The notes under the pieces were generated by a model. It saw only the letters and a program-made list of their open reading frames with translations. It was not told the origin of the DNA and did no database searches. A stretch of 55,272 nucleotides of DNA from a virus (Duplodnaviria; Caudoviricetes), in the IMG/VR virus record IMGVR_UViG_3300009068_000048, positions 1 through 55,272 of that record. The stretch is one strand, 5' to 3'. A program made the translations under genes and the position numbers. How positions within the stretch are numbered: the first letter of the stretch is position 1; each line of letters opens with the position of its first letter. Below, one piece after another: positions 19,168 through 27,967 of the stretch.

Positions 19168-19631
19168 TTATACTTGGTATTGATCCGGGACTTAGCGGCG
19201 CAATTGCGTTCTATGACACAAAGACGGGTGACGTGACGGTTGTCGATATGCCGACTGTCGAGGTGACGCGCAGTGGCAAAAAGAAGAATGAAGTGAGCCC
19301 TCAACTTCTTTCGGATGAGATCGCGAAGGGCTTTGCCGATAAAGCCTTTGTCGAGCGAGTCGGAGCAATGCCGGGACAGGGCGTCACAAGCGTGTTCTCG
19401 TTTGGACGCTCAGTGGGGATTGTTGAGGGTATCCTAGCCGCTCTCAACATCCCCACGACCATTGTGCCACCTCAGACGTGGCAGAAGGGCGTGAACCTGC
19501 GTGGAGGCAAGGATGGATCGCGAGAGCGCGCCATGCAGCTATTTCCACGTCAGGCATCGCTTTACGGACGCAAGAAAGATGATGGTCGCTCTGATGCTTC
19601 CTTAATCGCGCATTACGGCGCTAACCAATAA
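19164..19631 (+). CDS. RuvC-like Holliday junction resolvase
   Basis: ILGIDPGLSGAIA, FVERVG, FSFGRSVG, PQTWQK, DGRSDASLIA. Confidence 0.88.
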   Translation: MIILGIDPGLSGAIAFYDTKTGDVTVVDMPTVEVTRSGKKKNEVSPQLLSDEIAKGFADKAFVERVGAMPGQGVTSVFSFGRSVGIVEGILAALNIPTTIVPPQTWQKGVNLRGGKDGSRERAMQLFPRQASLYGRKKDDGRSDASLIAHYGANQ

Positions 19632-19751
19632 CCAAAAAGGGCTGGTAGTGGTTTAGACTACCAACCCTTCTAGTGCAGCCTTGGGAACAGCACGTCACAT
19701 GGACGTGACGCTTGTAGACCAATTCTGCTCTAAAAAGCAAGAGAGCAAAAT

Positions 19752-21872
19752 ATGGCCCAGATATCATTTGATGAAGATTTCGCGGGACCATCTGATTATG
19801 CCGCGCTGTATCGACAGCTTCGCCTTCAGGTTGTCCCATCATTACCGCCATCCAACACAGGATCGTGGAAGCGCCCTGCCATCAAGTGGCGGGAGCATGA
19901 AGACGATCTGACAACGCAGGACGTGTTTGACCAATGGTATGGCCATCAGGGCGAGTACCGTACACGTCAGAACATGGGCCTGATCACAGGCAAGGCATCC
20001 GGCAACGTCTGGGTGCTTGATCTCGACACGCACAAAAACCCACAGGCGAATGAATGGCTCAAGGGCTTGCTCGACCTTTGGAACAATGGTGCGCCTCTTA
20101 TCTCACCGACACAGCGCACAGGCGGTGGCGGCATACAAATCCTTTTCCGTTCGCCTGAGGGCTGGACGCCGCCGACGATTAAGACATCGATTGGCGTGGA
20201 CATTCGTGGTCAGGGTGGCTTTGCTGTCCTGCCGCCAAGCATGCACGAAAGCGGCGTCAATTATGCTTGGATCAAAGGCTATGAGCCTTGGCTGGTCGAT
20301 ATTCGTACAGCGCCGTCATGGCTGACTGAGGCTATCGACGATCTTGCAAGCCATTTCACGTCTGTCGGGCCAAGTGAGCGAACAGGTTCGCCTGACACTG
20401 CGATAAACCCATTTGGGCAGATCGTGGATGGTCGCGAAGATTACATGCGGAACCTGATCTGGGCGAAGGTTGTCGATCATCGCCGCGAGATACATGACGC
20501 ACCGTTCTTTAGCGAAGCTGAGGCACAGCAATGGATGGAAGATGCGTTTGCCCAGTATGAGCAGACGGTTAAGTCGCGCCTTGTCGAGGCTGGTACAAGC
20601 AATGCTGAATTGCTTGAACGCGAAGGCAGGGGCAAATCCGAATTCACGAAGAAATGGCTGATAGCCATGTCCAAATGGCACACGGACGTTAAGATTGCGG
20701 CTGACGTGCCAAAAAAAGCGCGTGGGGTCGTTAAAGAGCCTGAGTTTCCCATGAAGATGGTGCAGGGCGATGACGGTGTTTGGCGTCCCCAGTTTGAGGC
20801 TTTTCCGCTTTTGAGCGTGAAGATGATCCGCAGCTTGCCTGATCCAAAGTACCTTATTGAGGGCTTGATAATCGAAAACGGGCTGGGCTTTTTCTATGGA
20901 CCTCCGGGATGTGGCAAGTCCTTTATCACTATCGGCATGGCCCTTTCCATTGCCGCTGGTCTTGAAGAATGGTGGGGATACAAGATCAATAAAAGCGGAC
21001 CCATGATTTACATTTCGTCTGAAGGCGTGAGCGACCTCAAATTTCGTATCGCTGCATGGGAACAGGCGACAGGCATCAGTGCAGCGGATATTCCGTTCTA
21101 CCTGATCCACGTCCCCATCAACTTTATGGATGACGGGGAAATTGAGCGCCTGATCCTGACCATTCAGTATTCTGATATGCTGATGGGCGAGGTCCCTGTG
21201 GGCATCGTGGTCGATACGGTAAGTCGCTCACTTCCCGGAGCAGATGAGAATTTGCAGAAGGATATGACGCTGTTTATCAAGGCCTGTGACAAGATCAGGC
21301 TTGCATTTGATTGCACCGTCATGGGTGTCCATCACACAAGCCGTGCGGGTAATTTGCGTGGATCGACTGTGTTTGATGGCGCTGCCGATTTCCTCTTCCG
21401 GATCAGCCGCGAGGAAGGCGTCATGATAGGTGAGTTTAACGCAAAGAAGATCAAGTCTGCGACTGATGGCTGGACGAAGTCCTTCAAGCTTCGCGAGGTC
21501 CTGTGCGGCGATATTGCGGGCAACTCAAGCCTGTATGCAGAGCCAGCACTGCCTGAAGAAATAGTGGTAGAAGATGAGTGGCCAAGTAAGCCTGTATGCC
21601 AAGATATTCTTAATGCCATGTCGAAGGCATGGGATGCAGGCAAGCCTTGGTCCACGCAACCCAATACGCGCCGCGATGGACGTTATGCGCCCATGCTGAT
21701 GACGCGATATGAGGTCGAGGAAAAGATGGCTGCAAAGATGATTGATGCATGGCTGCGTAATGGCGTCATTGAGATCGACCTTTGCGATGCGCGCACCAAG
21801 ACCAAGGGCATCAAAGTCCTGAGCCATCTTCAGGACGCGCCGTCACGTTATGGATCATATTATGCTGTTTAA
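19752..21872 (+). CDS. bifunctional primase-polymerase (Prim-Pol) fused to RecA-like AAA helicase
   Basis: NMGLITG, VLDLD, TGGGG, VDIRGQGGFAVLPPS (Prim-Pol); Walker A GPPGCGKS, YISSEG, Walker B IVVDT, VHH...LRGST (RepA/AAA_25-type). Confidence 0.9.
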   Translation: MAQISFDEDFAGPSDYAALYRQLRLQVVPSLPPSNTGSWKRPAIKWREHEDDLTTQDVFDQWYGHQGEYRTRQNMGLITGKASGNVWVLDLDTHKNPQANEWLKGLLDLWNNGAPLISPTQRTGGGGIQILFRSPEGWTPPTIKTSIGVDIRGQGGFAVLPPSMHESGVNYAWIKGYEPWLVDIRTAPSWLTEAIDDLASHFTSVGPSERTGSPDTAINPFGQIVDGREDYMRNLIWAKVVDHRREIHDAPFFSEAEAQQWMEDAFAQYEQTVKSRLVEAGTSNAELLEREGRGKSEFTKKWLIAMSKWHTDVKIAADVPKKARGVVKEPEFPMKMVQGDDGVWRPQFEAFPLLSVKMIRSLPDPKYLIEGLIIENGLGFFYGPPGCGKSFITIGMALSIAAGLEEWWGYKINKSGPMIYISSEGVSDLKFRIAAWEQATGISAADIPFYLIHVPINFMDDGEIERLILTIQYSDMLMGEVPVGIVVDTVSRSLPGADENLQKDMTLFIKACDKIRLAFDCTVMGVHHTSRAGNLRGSTVFDGAADFLFRISREEGVMIGEFNAKKIKSATDGWTKSFKLREVLCGDIAGNSSLYAEPALPEEIVVEDEWPSKPVCQDILNAMSKAWDAGKPWSTQPNTRRDGRYAPMLMTRYEVEEKMAAKMIDAWLRNGVIEIDLCDARTKTKGIKVLSHLQDAPSRYGSYYAV

Positions 21873-22110
21873 ACCAAGAGGATTGAAGGCCATGATGCCG
21901 AAAATAATAAAGCTAAAGAAACGTCCCTTTGGGACGGGTAAGTATCCCATCACCAAGTTGGCTGCTGGCGAGTCGGTCACCATACCGATTGAGTCGCCTG
22001 AGCATGAAGGCTTGATCCGCAAAAGCGCGGAAAACTGGAATGCGCGTAACAAGGGTTTCATCTCTGGGCGCAAAAAGGGTTCAGAAATTACATTTACACG
22101 CATACGATAA
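21850..22110 (+). CDS. small basic hypothetical protein (start uncertain)
   Basis: KYPITKLAAGESV...ITFTRIR; paralog-like to 18498-18758. Confidence 0.6.
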   Translation: MDHIMLFKPRGLKAMMPKIIKLKKRPFGTGKYPITKLAAGESVTIPIESPEHEGLIRKSAENWNARNKGFISGRKKGSEITFTRIR

Positions 22111-22121
22111 GGAGAAATAAA

Positions 22122-22289
22122 ATGATAGCTGAACGTATTGCTGCGCTGCGTAAGCGCGAAGCCGTCTGCTGGGAAATGTCTGAGGTGTTCTTGCATGCCA
22201 AAGACGCACATGGGCTACATGACATGGGTGTAGAGATACAAGGCATCCATTGGGCAATAAGAGAACTGGAGCATCTGCTCCGCAGGTAA
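22122..22289 (+). CDS. hypothetical protein (55 aa)
   Basis: Not in the ORF track. AAGGAG RBS, MIAERIAALRKREAVCWEMSEVFLHAKDAHGLHDMGVEIQGIHWAIRELEHLLRR. Confidence 0.7.
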   Translation: MIAERIAALRKREAVCWEMSEVFLHAKDAHGLHDMGVEIQGIHWAIRELEHLLRR

Positions 22290-22302
22290 AAGGAAATATG
22301 TT

Positions 22303-22791
22303 ATGTCTTATCAACAATTTCATTATGAATATAACAAGATCATTGCCAAGCGCATGAAGCTTGAAGTTAAAAATGCAAAGAAAAGCATCAGGTTGGCAAT
22401 TAAAGAGGCAACTGATGAAATACTTAGGGAGTTTGAAGGTATCAATGACGCTTCTTATTCTGATGATTGGTATAATGATGGAGCGTCAAGCCTTCACAAG
22501 CTTTGGTTTCAAGACTTTATAAAAGAGCAGACACAATATAGTCACCCCATCAGAGTCCACGTTGACGAAGGTGTGCTTGTTAGCAGAATAGATTATTCTG
22601 ATGCAGACTTAGAAGATGGTTATGATTTTCCAAAAGTAAGTTTTGCTCAAATTCTTGTCGAAGCGGTGCTTAGGCACGGTGAAGAGGAAGAAAGTGGCAG
22701 GATAGAACTTCTTGAGGCTATTTATGCGCTGCCTGATCAGGTTGATGCTTTATTGGATAAGGAGAGACCAAATGACACTAATAGAACTTAG
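22303..22791 (+). CDS. hypothetical protein
   Basis: 162-aa ORF with AAGGA RBS; visibly AT-richer than its neighbours. Confidence 0.6.
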   Translation: MSYQQFHYEYNKIIAKRMKLEVKNAKKSIRLAIKEATDEILREFEGINDASYSDDWYNDGASSLHKLWFQDFIKEQTQYSHPIRVHVDEGVLVSRIDYSDADLEDGYDFPKVSFAQILVEAVLRHGEEEESGRIELLEAIYALPDQVDALLDKERPNDTNRT

Positions 22792-22960
22792 AAACGTGGT
22801 CGCGGATCATGTTCAAATGATGCACGGCAACCCAGAGTTTATCCGCCAGATCAGGAATGGTCAGCAGGATGATGGCCCATTCATTACAGGCGCTCTGGCA
22901 GTCTGGGCAAAATTCATGGAAGGCTTACAACCAGCACCGGAGGTATTAGCAGATGACTGA
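22772..22960 (+). CDS. hypothetical protein
   Basis: AAGGAG RBS before ATG 22772 (MTLIELRNVV). Confidence 0.6.
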   Translation: MTLIELRNVVADHVQMMHGNPEFIRQIRNGQQDDGPFITGALAVWAKFMEGLQPAPEVLADD

Positions 22961-23228
22961 CGAACAAATTACCAAAGCTGCACGCGCTATATGCGTTGAG
23001 CAATCTAGCAAGCAGGACAATGGCGACTGGCAGATTTATGCTTCAGGCGGCTGGGATCATACAATCTGGATGCGCCTTGTCGAAGCCGGTATCCGCAAAG
23101 GCATGGAGACGTGTCACTCTTCTGAAGAGGCGCGTGAGGACGAATGCAACAAGATTGCGGATTGGTTTCTAAAGCACAACCTTCGCCAATTGGCGGACGA
23201 GATCAGGACAAAGGAATATTACAAGTGA
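22953..23228 (+). CDS. hypothetical protein
   Basis: GGAGG RBS; overlaps the upstream gene. Confidence 0.6.
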   Translation: MTDEQITKAARAICVEQSSKQDNGDWQIYASGGWDHTIWMRLVEAGIRKGMETCHSSEEAREDECNKIADWFLKHNLRQLADEIRTKEYYK

Positions 23229-23422
23229 GCGCAAAAATCCTACAGGACCTCGACAAGGTGGATGATGCATTAGCCAAGGTTGCTGCAATGCGTATCAGGG
23301 TTCTGGAAAAGGGCATTAGAGACGCATTAAGGCTTCTTGCCACCCTGAGTGACGAAGAAGCCGTCGAGGCGCTCACAGGAGCCCTGAGGAGCGGATATGG
23401 CATGGGCAGCGAAAATGAATGA
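23225..23422 (+). CDS. hypothetical protein
   Basis: GTGA overlap with the upstream stop; AAGGA RBS. Confidence 0.5.
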   Translation: MSAKILQDLDKVDDALAKVAAMRIRVLEKGIRDALRLLATLSDEEAVEALTGALRSGYGMGSENE

Positions 23423-23552
23423 GCAGGAGCGCCTGTCGGCGTTAGAAGCTGCGCTTAGAGAAATTGCCAACATCGTGAATGTTGACAATGACCCAACCTT
23501 GGATGGGGCAATCAAAATAGCGACCAAGGCAATAGAAAGGATATGCACATGA
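23415..23552 (+). CDS. hypothetical protein (45 aa)
   Basis: MNEQERLSALEAALREIANIV...; fills the gap in a tightly packed operon with overlaps at both ends. Confidence 0.5.
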   Translation: MNEQERLSALEAALREIANIVNVDNDPTLDGAIKIATKAIERICT

Positions 23553-23902
23553 ACTGGAGAGACATATTGTTCCCTTGGGCTTCACTGAGGGAGGCTGATA
23601 AAGATATTGATAGCCTATTTGAATTGCGCGTTAAGCAGTCAAAAAAGATTGAAAATTTGGAACAGGACCTGCGCGTACAGAAGGAACGCATCAGGCTTTT
23701 GAAAAAAGAAAATGATGATTTGGATTTTGAGTTAAGGTCAGTGCGCCTTGGCAATGTCATCTTGAAGGATGATCTGAAGAAGCTGACTGCTATCATAGAT
23801 GACCTTCCAAAGCGCAATGACAAGGGCCGGTTTACGTCCAAAAAGGATGCGGAAGCTCTGCGGAAGCCCAAACAAAGCCTTCCGCAAAAAGAAGCTAAGT
23901 GA
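23549..23902 (+). CDS. coiled-coil hypothetical protein
   Basis: ATGA coupling; heptad-rich; PKRNDKGRF motif; 3' end runs into the iteron array. Confidence 0.6.
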   Translation: MNWRDILFPWASLREADKDIDSLFELRVKQSKKIENLEQDLRVQKERIRLLKKENDDLDFELRSVRLGNVILKDDLKKLTAIIDDLPKRNDKGRFTSKKDAEALRKPKQSLPQKEAK

Positions 23903-24104
23903 TTGAAAATGCTTGCGGAGGCTCATATGCGGAAGTCTTGCGGAAGCTGCGGAAGCGACTTCCGTACATATTGAAAACAAAGGATAAATTTGCGGAAGCG
24001 TAATTTGCGGAAGTCCCCCATATTACGTTAGTAATAATGGAAGTTTGCGCTTCCGCAAAACTTCTGTTTTTATGCTTGTGCATTTTGGCGCACCCATGCG
24101 GAAA
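23848..24104. repeat. TGCGGAAG iteron-like array (putative replication origin)
   Basis: Exact direct copies at 23848, 23859, 23928, 23939, 23948, 23991, 24006; exact inverted copies (CTTCCGCA) at 23879 and 24050; near matches at 23914, 23959, 24097; AT-rich spacers. Confidence 0.8.
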
Positions 24105-24242
24105 GCCTTCGCATTCGCTCCGGCAGTCCGCAGGTGCAAGGGGTTATGCTGGTATGCTTTTGATGCTGATTTGCCCGTGTGCCGATTGGATGGCCGGATG
24201 GGTGCGTGGTGCGCGGGTTGGCCGATTAGATATGGGGTAGTT

Positions 24243-24659
24243 ATGGCGAGGCGCAAAGCGAGGGAAGGTGAGGTTGGTGTCCAGTATGGAGGGCGTAAGT
24301 ACCTTCGCACTGATGGCCAAGCTTTGGTGGCGCAGAAAGATGTCTGGCATCTGGTTGTTGTGCCAAGCTGGTGCAAGGATGGATGGTTAAGCTTTAAGCT
24401 TTATCTTGATCAGAAGGCGACCAAGAACCTGTTTCAGGTTGGGGTGTCTGTCGATGGCCCTGCAAGAAACAAAAGCACAGCCATCCTCAAAAAAGATCAT
24501 CCAGATGTTCTGGATTGGGTTGTGCATCAGGCAGACCTTTACAGGCGCGGAATGCTGTCTCACCTTCCGGAAGCCGGACAGGTAATCATTTATAAAAAAG
24601 GACGTTGGACGTATGGCATACAAACCAAAAGCAAAGGGCAGGGCAAAGCCAAAGTTTGA
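24243..24659 (+). CDS. hypothetical protein
   Basis: Likely start MARRKARE at 24243, downstream of the iterons. Confidence 0.55.
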   Translation: MARRKAREGEVGVQYGGRKYLRTDGQALVAQKDVWHLVVVPSWCKDGWLSFKLYLDQKATKNLFQVGVSVDGPARNKSTAILKKDHPDVLDWVVHQADLYRRGMLSHLPEAGQVIIYKKGRWTYGIQTKSKGQGKAKV

Positions 24660-25266
24660 TAAGAAGGGTTGGCCACCTTCAGCAATAGGTTCTGCGCCTT
24701 GGCAAACATCTTACGGCCTTGCACTTTCAGGCATGGAACTGATCGACGAAATGAAGATGGTTGCCAATGACGTTGAAGAGCGTTGGGGCGTTGGAAGGTT
24801 GCGGATGCTTGTGCCTGTCCCTTTGCGTGAGAAATTTGATCGGCAAAGGTATCTGGTCAATCAGGCTATTTGGCATGGTGATCTGGAACAGGTCAGGGAG
24901 CATACAGGCAAGATGATCTTGGCTTATAGGAAGCTGAATGAGGTCGCTATTGCCTCAGGAGCCTCTAGGAAGCCTGTAGAGCAATGGGAATGCGTTTTGG
25001 GTAGTGGGATGGTGCTTGTGCTTGTGAAGGACGCACAGGACGCTCAGAACGTCCAGAAGGATGGTCGAAAGGTCGTTGTCTGGACGATGGAAGAGATTGC
25101 CATGATCGTCGAGGAGCATACGGCCATTTTGCATGCCAAGCAGCTTTTTGAAGGTGCTGAGGTCCTGAAGGTCGAAAAGTCAATAAAAGACCCGCTAGAT
25201 GCCTTTGCGACAAGTCTAGCGGGTCTGGATGATCGTATCGCTGATATTCCCATGCTTATGGGATAG
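24613..25266 (+). CDS. conserved phage hypothetical protein
   Basis: 217 aa; ERWGVGRLRMLVP...REKFDRQ motif; last gene of the rightward operon. Confidence 0.65.
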   Translation: MAYKPKAKGRAKPKFDKKGWPPSAIGSAPWQTSYGLALSGMELIDEMKMVANDVEERWGVGRLRMLVPVPLREKFDRQRYLVNQAIWHGDLEQVREHTGKMILAYRKLNEVAIASGASRKPVEQWECVLGSGMVLVLVKDAQDAQNVQKDGRKVVVWTMEEIAMIVEEHTAILHAKQLFEGAEVLKVEKSIKDPLDAFATSLAGLDDRIADIPMLMG

Positions 25267-25465
25267 GCTTGGATATCTTTCCCCTGAACCAAGTCAGGGG
25301 GATGAGGCCATCGTCATATGCTTGGAGCAGGAGGGATGCTGCCGGAGGCACTCCCTTTTCTGCCCAATATCGACCCTGACGCTGGCTCTGGTTGCAAAGC
25401 CATGATGCATCGACCTGACGCAGATCATGCTTTGCCAGAAATTCCCTATATTCTTTAGAGGTCAT
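25256..25465 (-). CDS. small HTH (XRE/Cro-like) DNA-binding protein
   Basis: MTSKEYREFLAKHDLRQVDASWLCNQSQRQGRYWAEKGVP matches an HTH layout (LRQ..AS.L...S.RQ...W). Confidence 0.55.
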   Translation of the reverse strand: MTSKEYREFLAKHDLRQVDASWLCNQSQRQGRYWAEKGVPPAASLLLQAYDDGLIPLTWFRGKISKPIP

Positions 25466-25749
25466 CAGTGAATGGTCCCGTCGAATTGATATGGCGTACC
25501 ATCAGAAGCGATGTTTGCTGCCTCCAATATTTCCATTAGTTTTGAGATGACAAGCTGGCTTCCGCACACAACGGATGCAACACGCACTTCAAGGCAGGAT
25601 GCAACGCTTTCAATGTCGATGAAGACGCCGGACACGGCTGACAAGGTTGCCATCGTTAGTTTAACAACCTCTTGAGCATTGGCGTCAGAAAATCCCTGAG
25701 CAATGTGTGCGCGATAGATTGTCGCTTTGAGGGGATCGTCATAGGTCAA
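25465..25749 (-). CDS. hypothetical protein (TTG start)
   Basis: 94-aa ORF; TTGA overlap with the upstream stop. Confidence 0.5.
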   Translation of the reverse strand: MTYDDPLKATIYRAHIAQGFSDANAQEVVKLTMATLSAVSGVFIDIESVASCLEVRVASVVCGSQLVISKLMEILEAANIASDGTPYQFDGTIH

Positions 25750-25916
25750 ACGATTATTCCCTCTTCAAAGAGATGCTTTGCTTGCCGACCAAACCAACCT
25801 TGCAAGCTGTATGCAAGGCCAGTGTCATGCAGATGCTGCCAAGCTTCGATGAACTGCTCTTTGCTATCCGGTTCGATGAAGCCTTCTGCGATACCTACTG
25901 CGTCAAAATCTGACAT
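25746..25916 (-). CDS. small conserved phage early protein
   Basis: GGGAG RBS; MSDFDAVGIAEG...AWQHLHDTGLAYSLQGWFGRQAKHLFEEG. Confidence 0.7.
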   Translation of the reverse strand: MSDFDAVGIAEGFIEPDSKEQFIEAWQHLHDTGLAYSLQGWFGRQAKHLFEEGIIV

Positions 25917-25929
25917 ATTTATTCTCCCG

Positions 25930-25956
25930 AAAAAAGGGGGTGCGCGATGCACCCCC
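25930..25956 (-). terminator. intrinsic terminator
   Basis: Minus strand GGGGGTGC-ATCGC-GCACCCCC-TTTTTT. Confidence 0.75.
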
Positions 25957-25962
25957 GAATGA

Positions 25963-26268
25963 TTAAGCTTCAAAATGACCTTCGTGAACGATGATGACCT
26001 CAGGTTTCTCAGGTGTACGCTCATCGACGATGATAGCTTTGACAACCTCAAGGCTGGCAATCGATGCAGTTTGTTCCTGATAAAATTGCTGAACACGATC
26101 TTCACGATCTGGGGCGTTGTAATCCCGTGAAACAGGCGTGGCTGATGACACGCTGTCGATGAAGCGCGCAGCCAGATCGATAGTGTCGAAGGCATAACGC
26201 TGATACGCGACCTGAACGATGAAAACGGTCTTAGGGAAAACGGGTTTACCTGAAAGTGCTTTTGTCAT
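25963..26268 (-). CDS. hypothetical early protein
   Basis: GGAG RBS, CACATG start context; 101 aa. Confidence 0.65.
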   Translation of the reverse strand: MTKALSGKPVFPKTVFIVQVAYQRYAFDTIDLAARFIDSVSSATPVSRDYNAPDREDRVQQFYQEQTASIASLEVVKAIIVDERTPEKPEVIIVHEGHFEA

Positions 26269-26289
26269 GTGACATCTCCAAAAATAATT

Positions 26290-26314
26290 AAAAGGGGTGG
26301 GGGACTGAGCCCCC
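26290..26314 (-). terminator. possible terminator hairpin
   Basis: Minus strand GGGGG-CTCAGT-CCCCC-ACCCCTTTT after the 26320 stop; short stem. Confidence 0.4.
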
Positions 26315-26319
26315 GTTAC

Positions 26320-26634
26320 TTACTTAGATGTTTTGCGCGCATTGACACGCACGGTAACGTAGCCGGATGTCCGCTTTTGGTTCTTGGCGAACCAGCGACC
26401 ATCGACACCAAGTTCGCGAAGCTTGGCTTCTGCTGCCTTAGCGTCAAGGCTGAAGCGTTCGTCGATCTGGATGACAGATGCAGCGAACCACTCGCCCTGA
26501 TGGCTTCCAACGCCCTGCTCTTTGATGGCTTCGACAAGCTGCTTTTCGATGGCTTGTAAGTCAGCAATCTGGGCTTTGATTTCGCCAAGACGGTCAACGT
26601 TGGAAACATTGGTATTTGCAAATATTGTAGTCAT
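26320..26634 (-). CDS. hypothetical early protein
   Basis: GGGAGG RBS, ATG 26634; VDRLGEIKAQIADLQAIEKQL coiled coil. Confidence 0.7.
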   Translation of the reverse strand: MTTIFANTNVSNVDRLGEIKAQIADLQAIEKQLVEAIKEQGVGSHQGEWFAASVIQIDERFSLDAKAAEAKLRELGVDGRWFAKNQKRTSGYVTVRVNARKTSK

Positions 26635-26686
26635 GTGGACCTCCCAAGGTCTTGATCGAAGCAGCACCATGCTGCCTCTGGATGTG

Positions 26687-26715
26687 CTTGTAGGCGATGT
26701 TCGCCTGTATGTCAA
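26687..26715 (-). promoter_or_regulatory. sigma70-like promoter with GGCG-N5-CGCC operator in the spacer
   Basis: Minus strand TTGACA-TACAGGCGAACATCGCC(17 bp)-TACAAG. Confidence 0.75.
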
Positions 26716-26749
26716 CAGTCTTAATCAAACTGCCGTCAGGGGTGGATAT

Positions 26750-27022
26750 TCAATACATCTCTATCTCAAGGGTGAAAGCCGGATTGGCGTCACCTAAGCA
26801 GACGAAGGTGAAACCGTCTTTCTGGGTGTTGTCCCAGATGTCTGCCCACTCGCCCAAAAGGTTAAGCTTTCTGGCAAGAGCCAAAGCTGCAAGGCGGTGA
26901 TTTTCCTTGCCTGAGAGGGCATAGTCATAGGACAGCCTGACGCCTTCCCTGCCAAGCGTTGCTCTGATGCCAGCGCCCTTATGGTCGGTTGCACTGATGT
27001 GCCTTGTTCTGATGATGCTCAT
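26750..27022 (-). CDS. hypothetical early protein
   Basis: GGAG RBS; IRTRHISATDHKGAGIRA...SYDYALS..ENHRLAA. Confidence 0.65.
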   Translation of the reverse strand: MSIIRTRHISATDHKGAGIRATLGREGVRLSYDYALSGKENHRLAALALARKLNLLGEWADIWDNTQKDGFTFVCLGDANPAFTLEIEMY

Positions 27023-27033
27023 AATCAAATCTC

Positions 27034-27372
27034 CTATTCAGCGTAAAAACAAAGGTCGAAATTATAATATGGTTCAGCCAAGATGCCGACTTGGCACAGG
27101 GCTTCGCTTGCAACGATTGCCCAGCTATATGGACCGCTCTCCCAAGAGACGCGCCAGCCTCCACGATCAGGGCGCAGGAACGTCTCAATGTCGGGCTTCT
27201 GACCCTCACGGGCAGAGTAGAGCCGGATGATGTCGTAAACAGCCTCAGCGCGCTTCTTTGGACGCTTATAGCGGGCTGCTGCTCTTGCCACAGCCTCAGC
27301 GAGGTCCGCTGTGCCGTCACCGTAATAAAAGCCCTCGTTCTTGCGGGCATATTCAACGTTGATCTGTGTCAT
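27034..27372 (-). CDS. hypothetical early protein
   Basis: GGAGG RBS, ATG 27372; WRVSWESGPYSWA...AEPYYNFDLCFY. Confidence 0.7.
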   Translation of the reverse strand: MTQINVEYARKNEGFYYGDGTADLAEAVARAAARYKRPKKRAEAVYDIIRLYSAREGQKPDIETFLRPDRGGWRVSWESGPYSWAIVASEALCQVGILAEPYYNFDLCFYAE

Positions 27373-27442
27373 ATTATTTTTCCTCCAAAATATGATTAGT
27401 TTTAGCCGATCATTGGCTGTCAATTTGAACGGCTCTGGTCGA

Positions 27443-27691
27443 TCATTCGATCCAATCCACTTCCGGCGCACCGTTGATCAAATCAATAACCTCATCAAGA
27501 GCCTTGCACTTGATGCCGTTTGCCAAGCACACGTCGATTAGTTCGAGCAGCGAGGGTTCAAGTTCATCAAGAGCCTTGAGGCTTTCGACGCTGTCACCAT
27601 ATAACTCGCCACCATCGTTGACGGCATCGCCGGACAGGACGTTGGAGCGGCTATCGATCAGGTCACGAACTACTTTAAAAATATCAGTCAT
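27443..27691 (-). CDS. hypothetical early protein
   Basis: AAGGA RBS, ATG 27691 (MTDIFKVV). Confidence 0.55.
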   Translation of the reverse strand: MTDIFKVVRDLIDSRSNVLSGDAVNDGGELYGDSVESLKALDELEPSLLELIDVCLANGIKCKALDEVIDLINGAPEVDWIE

Positions 27692-27704
27692 TATCCAATT
27701 CCTT

Positions 27705-27956
27705 TTACCAAGTGTCCCCGCCGTTTTCGGCGTAGTTGTTGATGTCACCAAGCCAATCCAGATAGCCTTGCTGCAAGTCAGGATCGACAAGCTTGTAGCT
27801 GATGCTGTTGTGGTACTTGTAACGGTTATGATACTCGCGAAAGAACAGAGCGAACAGGCTGCTGTTGTCCTCAGCTTCGATGGTTTCGTACTGGTCAGGC
27901 AGGGGACGAAAGTAGAACGGTTCGTAGCTGCTCTTGATGATGGTTGCTTGTGCCAT
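27705..27956 (-). CDS. hypothetical early protein
   Basis: GAGGAG RBS, ATG 27956 (MAQATII). Confidence 0.65.
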   Translation of the reverse strand: MAQATIIKSSYEPFYFRPLPDQYETIEAEDNSSLFALFFREYHNRYKYHNSISYKLVDPDLQQGYLDWLGDINNYAENGGDTW

Positions 27957-27967
27957 GCTGGTTCTCC

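Noticed and set aside
20316-21110. Long antisense ORFs (264 aa here; others at 6766-7521, 31915-32457, 34738-35304, 42503-43147)
   Set aside because: Shadows of well-supported sense genes.
23848-24104. Possible CRISPR-like array
   Set aside because: The repeat is only 8 bp, irregularly spaced and in both orientations; there are no cas genes.
24045-24242. N-terminal extension of the 204-aa ORF
   Set aside because: It overlaps the iteron array and is not protein-like; the start at 24243 is more plausible.
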